Below are positions 30,772 through 38,739 of a stretch of DNA of 64,000 nucleotides, one piece after another. Source of the stretch: an uncultured Gemmiger sp. (GTDB lineage: Bacteria; Bacillota; Clostridia; Oscillospirales; Ruminococcaceae); assembly GCA_944386225.1 (NCBI GenBank), contig CALXAH010000001.1:108161-172160 (forward strand). Reading direction: 5' to 3'. How positions within the stretch are numbered: the stretch's first letter is position 1; every line of letters begins with the position of its first letter. The notes beneath the pieces are model-generated. The model had not been told where the DNA came from. It worked only from the letters and a program-made list of their open reading frames with translations, and searched no databases. Made by a program: the position numbers and the translations under genes.

Positions 30772-32106
30772 ATGGATCTGATGGAAAAACTTTCCATTCT
30801 GGCGGACAGCGCCAAATACGACGTGGCCTGCACCAGCAGCGGTGTGGACCGGGGCGGTGCGCCGGGCGCGCTGGGCAGCTGCCATGCGCCGGGCATCTGC
30901 CACACCTTTACCGCCGACGGCCGCTGCGTGAGCCTTTTAAAGGTTCTGATGACCAACATCTGCGCCTACGACTGCCGTTACTGCACCAACCGCCGCTCGG
31001 AGGACCGGCCCCGGGCGGCCTTTACCCCGGAGGAACTGGCGGAACTGACCATCCAGTTTTACCGGCGCAACTACATCGAGGGGCTGTTTTTATCCAGCGC
31101 GGTACTGGTAAGCCCGGATTACACCATGGAGCGGATGATCCGGGTGCTGGAACTGCTGCGGGGGCCGTACCGGTTCCGGGGCTACATCCACGCCAAGACC
31201 ATTCCGGGGGCGGACCCGGCGCTGGTGCACCGGATGGGTCTGCTGGCCGACCGGCTGAGCGTAAACATCGAGCTGCCCAGCGAGGCCAGTCTGAAACTGC
31301 TGGCCCCGGACAAGCAGAAAACCGGCATCCTGCGGCCGATGGGGCTGATTGCCCGCACCGCCGCCGAGAACCGCCGGGAACTCACCGTTTACCGGCACGC
31401 CCCGGCCTTTGCCCCCGCCGGGCAGAGCACCCAGATGATCGTGGGGGCCAGCCCGGAGAGCGATTACCAGATTCTGCAGCTCACCGAGGGGCTGTATCAG
31501 AAATACAGCCTGAAACGGGTGTTTTTCTCCGCCTATGTGCCGGTCTGCCGGGACGAGCGGCTGCCTGCGCTGGACACAAAGCCGCCGCTTCTGCGGGAGC
31601 ACCGGCTGTACCAGGCGGACTGGCTGCTGCGGTATTACCAGTTTTCCGCCGGGGAGATCCTGAGCCCGGAGGCCCCCAACTTTGACCCCTGGCTGGACCC
31701 GAAATGCAACTGGGCGCTGCACCATCTGGATCAGTTTCCGGTGGACGTGGAGCGCTGCGACTACGAGATGCTGCTGCGGGTGCCGGGCATCGGGCCCAAG
31801 AGCGCCCGGCGCATCCGCACCGCCCGGCGGCACGGCCGTCTGCGGCTGGAGGATCTGCGCCGTATCGGGGTGGTGCTGCGGCGGGCCCGGTATTTCATTG
31901 TATGCAGCGGATACGCGGGCCCCGGCCGGCTGAGCCGGATAACGGTGGCCCAGGCGCTGCTGGACCCGGGGGTGTTTGAGGGCGGCGCCCGGCAACTGAG
32001 TTTGTTTGACGATCCGGCCGGGCGGCTGAGCGCCCCGGATCATCCCGCCCTGCCCATGGCAGCGGCACGAGAGGAGGCGGCGGCATGGCTGTCCAGGCGG
32101 ATGTAG
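30772..32106 (+). CDS. Putative DNA modification/repair radical SAM protein (TIGR03916-like)
   Basis: CX3CX2C motif 'CAYDCRYC'. N-terminus 'LSILADSAKYDVAC' and a C-terminal HhH-like 'LLRVPGIGPKSARRI'. The start is uncertain (ATG 30772 or 30781). The ORF-track N-terminal extension is non-coding. Confidence 0.85.
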   Translation: MDLMEKLSILADSAKYDVACTSSGVDRGGAPGALGSCHAPGICHTFTADGRCVSLLKVLMTNICAYDCRYCTNRRSEDRPRAAFTPEELAELTIQFYRRNYIEGLFLSSAVLVSPDYTMERMIRVLELLRGPYRFRGYIHAKTIPGADPALVHRMGLLADRLSVNIELPSEASLKLLAPDKQKTGILRPMGLIARTAAENRRELTVYRHAPAFAPAGQSTQMIVGASPESDYQILQLTEGLYQKYSLKRVFFSAYVPVCRDERLPALDTKPPLLREHRLYQADWLLRYYQFSAGEILSPEAPNFDPWLDPKCNWALHHLDQFPVDVERCDYEMLLRVPGIGPKSARRIRTARRHGRLRLEDLRRIGVVLRRARYFIVCSGYAGPGRLSRITVAQALLDPGVFEGGARQLSLFDDPAGRLSAPDHPALPMAAAREEAAAWLSRRM

Positions 32107-32843
32107 TGTATCGGTACGACGGCAGCTTTGAGGGCTTTTTAAGCTGCGTGTTTGAAAGTTTTCTGCGCAAGGAGATCCCCTTTGCGATCTATCCCGACCG
32201 GGCGGCCTGGCCCACCCTGTTCCCCATCCGGCGGGTGCCCACCGATCCGGCGCGGGCGGCCCGGGTGTTCGACAGCTTTGAAAAGAAGCTGGGCACCCGT
32301 ACCCGGGATCTGGTGACCCGGGCCTTTCTGAACGACAGCCCGGACAAGGAACTGACCCTGCTGCGGTTTCTGCACTTTGCCTACGGGCAGGGTCCCCGGG
32401 CCCCCTGGATGCAGGGGCACGAGCGGGTGGCCCCGGTGCTGGCGCTGGAAAAGGCGGTGAACGGGGAAGCCCACCTGCTGACCGGGTTTGTGCGGTTTGA
32501 GCAGCGGGGCGGCGCGCTGGGGGCGGTGATCCAGCCCCGGCATTTTGTGCTGCCCTTGCTGCGGCAGCATTTCTGCAACCGATACCCGGGAGAGGATTTT
32601 GTGATCTGGGACAAGACCCACCGGGCGGTACTAGCGGTGCAGGCGGGCCGGGCGGAATATCTGGAACTGGCCACCGATCCGGACCTGCCGCCTCCCGACG
32701 AGGAGGAAGCCCGGTTCCAGGCCATGTGGCGGGCCTTTTACGACGCACTGGCCATTCCGGCCCGGTACAATCCGAACCTGCGACGCAGCCACTGCCCCAA
32801 GCGGTACTGGGCCTGCATGACCGAACTGCGGGACCGGCTGTGA
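32085..32843 (+). CDS. DUF4130/TIGR03915-like probable DNA metabolism protein, the usual partner of the radical SAM protein
   Basis: 252 aa with 'VVYRYDGSFEGFLSCVFESF' near the N-terminus. GAGAGGAGG RBS. Its start overlaps the end of the radical SAM gene by 22 nt. Confidence 0.75.
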   Translation: MAVQADVVYRYDGSFEGFLSCVFESFLRKEIPFAIYPDRAAWPTLFPIRRVPTDPARAARVFDSFEKKLGTRTRDLVTRAFLNDSPDKELTLLRFLHFAYGQGPRAPWMQGHERVAPVLALEKAVNGEAHLLTGFVRFEQRGGALGAVIQPRHFVLPLLRQHFCNRYPGEDFVIWDKTHRAVLAVQAGRAEYLELATDPDLPPPDEEEARFQAMWRAFYDALAIPARYNPNLRRSHCPKRYWACMTELRDRL

Positions 32844-32939
32844 CCCCCTTGCGGGGCGCGCGGCGCGTGCTATAATGGAGGTACCGACACACACCGGCGC
32901 GCCGCGCCCCGATCGCCCTGGGAGGGGCAGTTTTCTGTT

Positions 32940-33602
32940 ATGTTTGTTACGGTAAACGGCATTCAGTTGTATTACGAGGTAGCCGGTCAGGGGCCGGCCA
33001 TGCTGCTGCTGCACGGCAACGGCGAGGATCACACCACCTTTGACGTGCTGGCCAAGCGGCTGGAAAGCCGGTACACCCTGTATATGCCGGACAGCCGGGG
33101 CCACGGCCAGAGCAGCCCGGTGCCCCATCTGACCTACGACGAGATGGCGATGGATATGGCCGCCTTTATCCGGCAGCTGGGGCTGGAGAAGCCGGTGGTG
33201 CTGGGCTTTTCCGACGGGGGCATCGTGGCGCTGCTGCTGGCCTGCCGCTGCCCCGATCTGGTGGGCAAGCTGGTGGTGTGCGGGGCCAACCGCACCCCCA
33301 AGGGATTGCGCGCCGGTACCCGCCGGGCGATCCGGCTGGCCAACCTGCTGCACCACAGCGACAAGCTGGATCTGATGCTGCAGCAGCCCCACATCACCGA
33401 CAGGATGCTGGGCGCCATCACCGCCCCCACCCTGGTGCTGGCCGGCGAGAAGGACATGATCCTGCCCCAGGAGACCCGCGCCATTGCCCGGGCCATACCC
33501 GGCGCCCGGCTGCTGGTGCTGCCCGGTGAGGATCACGGCAGCTACGTGGAGCATTCCGATACCGTCTGGCTGGCAATGAAGCCGTTCCTGACCGGGAAAT
33601 GA
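32940..33602 (+). CDS. Alpha/beta hydrolase
   Basis: 220 aa with 'LLLHGNGED', nucleophile elbow 'GFSDGG' and C-terminal 'GEDHGS'. Confidence 0.85.
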   Translation: MFVTVNGIQLYYEVAGQGPAMLLLHGNGEDHTTFDVLAKRLESRYTLYMPDSRGHGQSSPVPHLTYDEMAMDMAAFIRQLGLEKPVVLGFSDGGIVALLLACRCPDLVGKLVVCGANRTPKGLRAGTRRAIRLANLLHHSDKLDLMLQQPHITDRMLGAITAPTLVLAGEKDMILPQETRAIARAIPGARLLVLPGEDHGSYVEHSDTVWLAMKPFLTGK

Positions 33603-33611
33603 AACGAAATC

Positions 33612-33656
33612 ACAGGGCCCGCGCCGTTTGATCGGCGCGGGCCCTGTTCTGTTTTT
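33612..33656. terminator. Bidirectional terminator
   Basis: Perfect 15-bp stem: ACAGGGCCCGCGCCG pairs with CGGCGCGGGCCCTGT. TCTGTTTTT follows. Confidence 0.85.
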
Positions 33657-35145
33657 ATTCCTCGCCAAACGGTACCGCCGGGTCGTCGTTGGGGTAGAAC
33701 TGCAGCGCGTCCTGCACCAGGGCAAAGGCACTGTTCAGGCCGGTGTTGCCGGTCTGCCGGGCCTCCAGGGCCGAGCAGACCGGATACTGAAAGGCGCTGG
33801 TCTGGTGGACATAGTTCACCCAGCTGTCCACGATCCAGCCGTCGCTGACCTCCTGTACGGTGTAGGTCAGGTAGCCGCGCCGGTTCTCGGCGCGGCGGGG
33901 CAGCGAGAAGGAGGCAAACACATCCCGCCGCTGCTCCTCTCCCCAGAACATGCTGGTTGCGGTGTAGCTCTGCTCGCCCAGATACGCATAGGGGGCGGTC
34001 ATCGTCTGCCCGTTTTGCTCGCAGAGCAGCCGGCCGGTGACCGGTTCGGCCTCGGCCCAGCCCTCCGGCAGCAGGTCGTAGACCGGCCAGAGCTGGATGC
34101 ACTCGGTGCCCCACCAGGGGGCCGGTTCCATCCACTGGAAATGCTGGAACAGCTTCCACTGCTCCCGCTCGCCGGGCAGTTCCACGGCTACGCCGGTACT
34201 GCGCAAAGCGCCCTGCCGGCCCTGAATGCCGAAATCGGTCAGCGGCAGATCCCGCTCCGACACCACCACCCGCCTGGCGCCCCGGCAGGCCAGCACCTCA
34301 TCGTCGGTCAGGTCGGCCAGCACCGTTTCCGGGAAGCCCATCGCGGCCAGTTCCTGCCGCACGACGGCCGCCTGCGGGTCGGCGGAGGGGGCCGCGGGCT
34401 GCCAGTCCATGGGGATGCGGCCGCCAAAGCCATACCCCGCCGCCAGGCCCAGCACCAGCACCAGGGCCAGCAGCACCATAAGCATCCGGTCGGACAGGCG
34501 GGACGGGGCGGGGTGCAGCCCGTAGCCGGTTGTTTCCATCTCCCGGCTCAGCCGATACAAACGGTAGAGAATCAGCAGATAGGCCCCGATCATGGCCAGC
34601 GGGATCAGCAGCCCGTTATACCGCACCAGAGCCAGGGCGTACAGGCCCGCGTACCAGACCACCAGCCAGCCCGCGCCGGTACCCTGGGCCCGGCCCGCGG
34701 CCCGGCGCACCTGATCCAGGCCCTGCCACAGGCAGACCAGCTGCCCCAGCTGAGTAAGCAGGCTCACACCGGTCAGCACCGCCATGACCGCCTGCCCGGC
34801 GGGGGTCTGCCGCCAGAGAAAGGCGTTCAGAATCAGTATCCCCCATACTGCTCCTGTGCGCACCGCCGACACCATCCAGCCCGCCCGCAGCCAGGGGTTC
34901 TCCCGCCGCAGCGTCCGGAAAGCCAGCAGGCAGAGTAGCGTGCCCAGAGCGGGCAGCCAATACTGCAGCCCCCCTACCTGCAGGGTGATGCCGGTGAGCG
35001 CCAGGCCCCACACCAGCTGCTCCATCACCCGCCGCCAGGGGGTGACCGCCCGGGCCACCTCGTCCGGGGGCGGGTCGGGCAGGCTGGCGGCCAGCAGCCG
35101 GTCGAACTCCGCGTCGCCGGGGGCGTTCCAAAGCCGCTTATCCAT
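33655..35145 (-). CDS. Polytopic membrane protein in the anti-sigma position, with a C-terminal extracytoplasmic domain of about 250 aa of unknown family
   Basis: Its start overlaps the sigma-gene stop (ATGGATAA). It has a short cytoplasmic N-terminus, about 6 TM helices, then a soluble domain. GGGAGGTGA RBS. Confidence 0.6.
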   Translation of the reverse strand: MDKRLWNAPGDAEFDRLLAASLPDPPPDEVARAVTPWRRVMEQLVWGLALTGITLQVGGLQYWLPALGTLLCLLAFRTLRRENPWLRAGWMVSAVRTGAVWGILILNAFLWRQTPAGQAVMAVLTGVSLLTQLGQLVCLWQGLDQVRRAAGRAQGTGAGWLVVWYAGLYALALVRYNGLLIPLAMIGAYLLILYRLYRLSREMETTGYGLHPAPSRLSDRMLMVLLALVLVLGLAAGYGFGGRIPMDWQPAAPSADPQAAVVRQELAAMGFPETVLADLTDDEVLACRGARRVVVSERDLPLTDFGIQGRQGALRSTGVAVELPGEREQWKLFQHFQWMEPAPWWGTECIQLWPVYDLLPEGWAEAEPVTGRLLCEQNGQTMTAPYAYLGEQSYTATSMFWGEEQRRDVFASFSLPRRAENRRGYLTYTVQEVSDGWIVDSWVNYVHQTSAFQYPVCSALEARQTGNTGLNSAFALVQDALQFYPNDDPAVPFGEE

Positions 35146-35677
35146 CCCGCTCACCTCCCAGACTGTCCCGCAGCCGCATCCGCAGCCGGTAGAGCCGCCC
35201 CTCCACCGCCCGCTCGGTCAATCCGGTCTCCCGGGCGATCTGGGCGGTGGACTGACGGTAGTAGTATTTCCGGTAGAACAGTACCTGTTCCGCCTCCGGC
35301 AGGGCGGCCACCGCCCGGCGCAGCGCGGCCTGACGCTCGCTCTGCATCACCGACTCCTCCGGCGAGGGGCCGGGGGCGGGGGCATCCTCCGGCAAAGCGT
35401 CCGCGCCGCTGCGCCCGGCTTTGCGGGCCAGGTTCAGCGCCGTGTTGCGGGTGACGGCGGTCACCCAGGCCACCCAGCCGCCCCGGGCCGGGTCATAGCG
35501 TTCAATGCCGTTCCACACCCGCATGGCCGCCTCGGAGACGCACTCCTCCGCGTCCCGCCCGTCGGGCAGGATGGGCGCGGCCACATACCGCATCAGCGGG
35601 CCGTACTCCGCCAGCAGCGCGCGCATCCCCTGCTCGTCCTTTTCGCGCAGCAGGGCGATCAGTTCCTCCTGGCGCAT
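35138..35677 (-). CDS. ECF-type RNA polymerase sigma-70 family factor
   Basis: 179 aa. Region 2 'AEECVSEAAMRVW...WVTAVTRNTALN' and region 4 HTH 'STAQIARETGLTERAVEGRLYR'. AAGGAGG RBS upstream of the ATG at 35677. Confidence 0.88.
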   Translation of the reverse strand: MRQEELIALLREKDEQGMRALLAEYGPLMRYVAAPILPDGRDAEECVSEAAMRVWNGIERYDPARGGWVAWVTAVTRNTALNLARKAGRSGADALPEDAPAPGPSPEESVMQSERQAALRRAVAALPEAEQVLFYRKYYYRQSTAQIARETGLTERAVEGRLYRLRMRLRDSLGGERDG

Positions 35678-35821
35678 GGGGCCGCCTCCTTTCCCCGGAA
35701 ATTTCTTTTCTATCCCATTATACACACCAAAACGGGAAAACCCACGGCCCCGCCGGAAAAAGCGCGCAAAAAAGCGGGGCGCTGTGCTTTGCGGCACACG
35801 CCCCGCCTGTTCGGCGATCCT

Positions 35822-36283
35822 TCAGTTTTCGCTGCGGCCCGTTTCCACCGCCAGGGCCAGCGGCAGCATGATCAGGCAGGCCAGGGCCGTGCGCGCCGGG
35901 TGTTCCAGCCCCCGGAATACCACCAGCCATCCGGCCAGCTGCATGGGCAGCCGGAAAACCGGCAGCGCGGGCAGGACGTTCAGATAGGCCAGCACCCCCG
36001 CCAGGTAACTCAGCACCAGCAGCACACTCACCGCCCCCAGCACCGCCCGCAGCCACCGGGGCCGCAAGGTCAGCCCGGTCAGGTGGATGGCCAGCGCCCA
36101 CAGCACATAGGCGGTGAGGCAGAGGGCCAGCGGGTAGGCCAGCGACACGGCCGGGTTGCCGGCGTGCAGCGCCCAGCTCTCCCCGCGCTCCCAGGCGGCC
36201 GCCAGCCAGGGACAGGCTATCAGCGAGGCCGCGGCCAGCATTTGCAGGATCAGCAGCCGAAGCTGCCAGGCTTTGCGGTTCAT
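35822..36283 (-). CDS. Hypothetical membrane protein with 4-5 TM helices, first gene of the ECF sigma operon
   Basis: GAGGAGG lies 6 nt upstream of the ATG. The protein is hydrophobic throughout. I recognise no family. Confidence 0.6.
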   Translation of the reverse strand: MNRKAWQLRLLILQMLAAASLIACPWLAAAWERGESWALHAGNPAVSLAYPLALCLTAYVLWALAIHLTGLTLRPRWLRAVLGAVSVLLVLSYLAGVLAYLNVLPALPVFRLPMQLAGWLVVFRGLEHPARTALACLIMLPLALAVETGRSEN

Positions 36284-36377
36284 AGGCGTCCTCCTCTCTT
36301 TGGTACGGGAACCATTTTCGATTTGGATACACTTGCCGGTTATTCCATACGCCCTGTCTTTGATTCCATTATAACAA

Positions 36378-36412
36378 ACAAGGCTTCAACGCGCAAACCG
36401 TTGAAGCCTTGT
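36378..36412 (-). terminator. Terminator of the activase-exonuclease operon
   Basis: Perfect 13-bp stem: ACAAGGCTTCAAC (36378..36390) pairs with GTTGAAGCCTTGT (36400..36412). On the minus strand TTGTTATAAT follows. Confidence 0.7.
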
Positions 36413-36423
36413 CGGATTTTCTG

Positions 36424-37398
36424 TTATCGTCCCGCCTGGGCCACCCGTTCCTGGGCGGCGCGGCGCAGCCGGGCCAGGGCCTTGGCCTTCTGGGCCTTCC
36501 ACTGGGCCAGCTGGGCCTCGGTGGGGGTCTCGGTCACCCGGGCGACGCTCCAGTGCAGGCCGTCCCGGCGGGCCAGCTTGAACCGCACCATAAAGCCACC
36601 GTGGGCGGCGCACTCGTACAGGCTGTAGTAGCCGGTGTTGCCCCGGCGCAGCCACACGTCGTGGGGGTCGGGCTTCATGGCCGCGCCGCACACCGGGCAG
36701 GCGGCGTTTTTCAGCGTCTCCTGCTCCCGGAAGTCCTCCCGCTGGATGTGGCCGGGGCTGTAGACAAAGTCCGCAAACTGCCCCTCGCCGCCGCAGAGGG
36801 TGGCGCGCAGGGAGTCCTCCTCCGAGGGGTAGGCGGCCAGACCGGCGGCCAGATCCAGCTGCTGGCAGACCCGGGCGGTGTATTTCGCGTCGCTGAGGGC
36901 GTCGTGGAAGGGCTCGTCCTTTTCGATGCCCAGCCGCTCCACCACGCTTTCCAGGGTCATGCCCTCGCCCTCCGCCCGGCCGCGCTGGGCCAGAAACACC
37001 TGCTGCAGGTCGTACCAGCGGTGGGGCCAGCTCTCATCCAGCCCGTTCAGGAACAGGTTCTGCTTGAGCACCGGCACGTCGTCCATGCCCCATTCGCCGA
37101 ACGCCGCGTCCGGGCCGCACCAGTCCATAAACCGGCGCAGGCCCTCCTTGATGGGTACGCCCGCGTCCAGTTGGCTCTGGGTCATGCCGGTGACCTTGGC
37201 GATGTGGTGGTGCAGCTTGCGGAACAGCCGGGGCCGCAGGTTCAGCTGCAGGCTGTCCAGCATGCGGCCGGCTTCGTCCACCTTTACCGCACCGATCTGG
37301 ATCAGCTCGCCCCGCAGGGTCTGCTCCGCGCCGTGGTAGTCGAACAGATAGGGCTTGTAGCCCATGTTCCATTCCAGGTCAAAGATGATGAGCTGCAT
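36424..37398 (-). CDS. DEDDh 3'-5' exonuclease (KapD/ERI-1-like) with a C-terminal Cys-containing extension
   Basis: Exo motifs 'IIFDLEWN', 'IQIGAVKV' and 'FHDALSDAKY'. C-terminal 'CPVCGAAM...YECAAHG'. AAGGAGGAACC RBS. Confidence 0.85.
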   Translation of the reverse strand: MQLIIFDLEWNMGYKPYLFDYHGAEQTLRGELIQIGAVKVDEAGRMLDSLQLNLRPRLFRKLHHHIAKVTGMTQSQLDAGVPIKEGLRRFMDWCGPDAAFGEWGMDDVPVLKQNLFLNGLDESWPHRWYDLQQVFLAQRGRAEGEGMTLESVVERLGIEKDEPFHDALSDAKYTARVCQQLDLAAGLAAYPSEEDSLRATLCGGEGQFADFVYSPGHIQREDFREQETLKNAACPVCGAAMKPDPHDVWLRRGNTGYYSLYECAAHGGFMVRFKLARRDGLHWSVARVTETPTEAQLAQWKAQKAKALARLRRAAQERVAQAGR

Positions 37399-37407
37399 GG
37401 TTCCTCC

Positions 37408-38730
37408 TTATACAGGGGCAGCGCTGCTGATCTGGGGCGCCTGCCCGTAGAACGGATTTTCCTCGTGAGGGACGGCCTCGCCGCCCGATTCCAGCCGCTC
37501 CCGGCCCACCGCCAGCATCAGCTTGATGCGGTTTTCCTGATTGACGCGGGTGGCGCTGGGGTCGTAGTCGATGGGGGTGATGTTGGCCTGGGGATACAGC
37601 GCCCGGATCTTGCCCACCATGCCCTTACCGCAGATATGGTTGGGCAGGCAGCCGAAAGGCTGGGCGCAGACGATGTTCTCATAGCCGCTCTGCACCAGCT
37701 CGATCATCTCGGCGGTAAGCAGCCAGCCCTCGCCCATCTTGTTGCCCATGCCGATGATGCCGTCGGGCAGGGTGCGCAGCACGCTGAACGGGGCCGGGGC
37801 GTGGTAGCCCGCGTCCTTCAGCGCGCCGCAGAGGGCCTTTTCCAGCCCGTCCAGCCAGCGCAGCAGCAGTTCGGGGGCCAGCTCCTCCAGCTTGCTGCCG
37901 CCGTACAGCCGCACGGTTTCGCTCATATTGAAGCAGCAGTACTGCACGAAGCCCAGCAGGCCCGGCAGGTTGACCTCACAGTCCTGGGAGGCCAGGAACT
38001 CCTCCAGATTGTTGTTGCCCAGGGGGGAGTATTTCACGTAGATCTCCCCCACCACCCCGACCTTGACCTTGGGGGTATGGGTCTTGGGGATGGCGGCGAA
38101 CTCCTTGGCGATCACCGGGAAGGTGCGCTTCATCTCCGGGGCGGAGTAGCCCTTGCCCGCGCGGAACTGCTTGGAAAGCGCGGCGATCCACGTATCGGTG
38201 AGGGCCTCGGCGGCGCCCTTTTCGTCCTCGTAAGGGGCGGTCTGGTTGCGCAGCGCCATGAGCAGATCGCCGTAGAGCACGGCGGCAATCAGCATCCGGG
38301 CCAGGGGCAGGGTCATCTGGAAGCCGCTGTCCTTTTCCAGGCCGGAGAAGTTCAGGCTGGCCACCGGCACCTGCTTGTAGCCGGCCTTGTACAGGGCCTT
38401 GCGCAGCAGGTGGATGTAGTTGGAGGCCCGGCAGCCGCCGCCGGTCTGGGTGATCAGCAGGGCGGTGTGGTCCAGATCGTACCGGCCGCTGTTCAGCGCG
38501 TCCAAAAACTGGCCGATGACCAGCAGAGCCGGGTAACAGGTATCGTTGTGGACATATTTCAGCCCCAGCTGGGCCACCTGCTCGCCGCAGTTGCCCAGCA
38601 GTTCCACCCGGTAACCTTCCCGTTCCATGGCCGCTTTCATCAGCTTGAACTGCAGCGGGGCCATGTTGGGCACCAGAATGGTATGGGTGCGCTTCATGTC
38701 CTTGGTAAATTTTGCGGTGGTGTATTCCAT
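37408..38730 (-). CDS. DUF2229-like protein related to 2-hydroxyacyl-CoA dehydratase subunits; the usual partner or C-terminal part of long BadF/BcrA-type activase proteins
   Basis: 440 aa with 'LVPNMAPLQFKLMKAAMEREGY', 'NDTCYPALL' and 'GGGCRASNY'. GTGAGGTGA RBS. It starts 9 nt after the upstream gene ends. Confidence 0.72.
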   Translation of the reverse strand: MEYTTAKFTKDMKRTHTILVPNMAPLQFKLMKAAMEREGYRVELLGNCGEQVAQLGLKYVHNDTCYPALLVIGQFLDALNSGRYDLDHTALLITQTGGGCRASNYIHLLRKALYKAGYKQVPVASLNFSGLEKDSGFQMTLPLARMLIAAVLYGDLLMALRNQTAPYEDEKGAAEALTDTWIAALSKQFRAGKGYSAPEMKRTFPVIAKEFAAIPKTHTPKVKVGVVGEIYVKYSPLGNNNLEEFLASQDCEVNLPGLLGFVQYCCFNMSETVRLYGGSKLEELAPELLLRWLDGLEKALCGALKDAGYHAPAPFSVLRTLPDGIIGMGNKMGEGWLLTAEMIELVQSGYENIVCAQPFGCLPNHICGKGMVGKIRALYPQANITPIDYDPSATRVNQENRIKLMLAVGRERLESGGEAVPHEENPFYGQAPQISSAAPV

Positions 38731-38739
38731 GGTTTCACC

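Noticed and set aside
30449-30903. ORFs of 110, 74 and 132 aa in the spacer before the radical SAM gene, and the 62-aa N-terminal extension of that gene
   Set aside because: Their composition is Arg/Ala/Pro/Gly-rich. They have no RBS and they overlap strong hairpins. They are best explained as non-coding GC-rich sequence.
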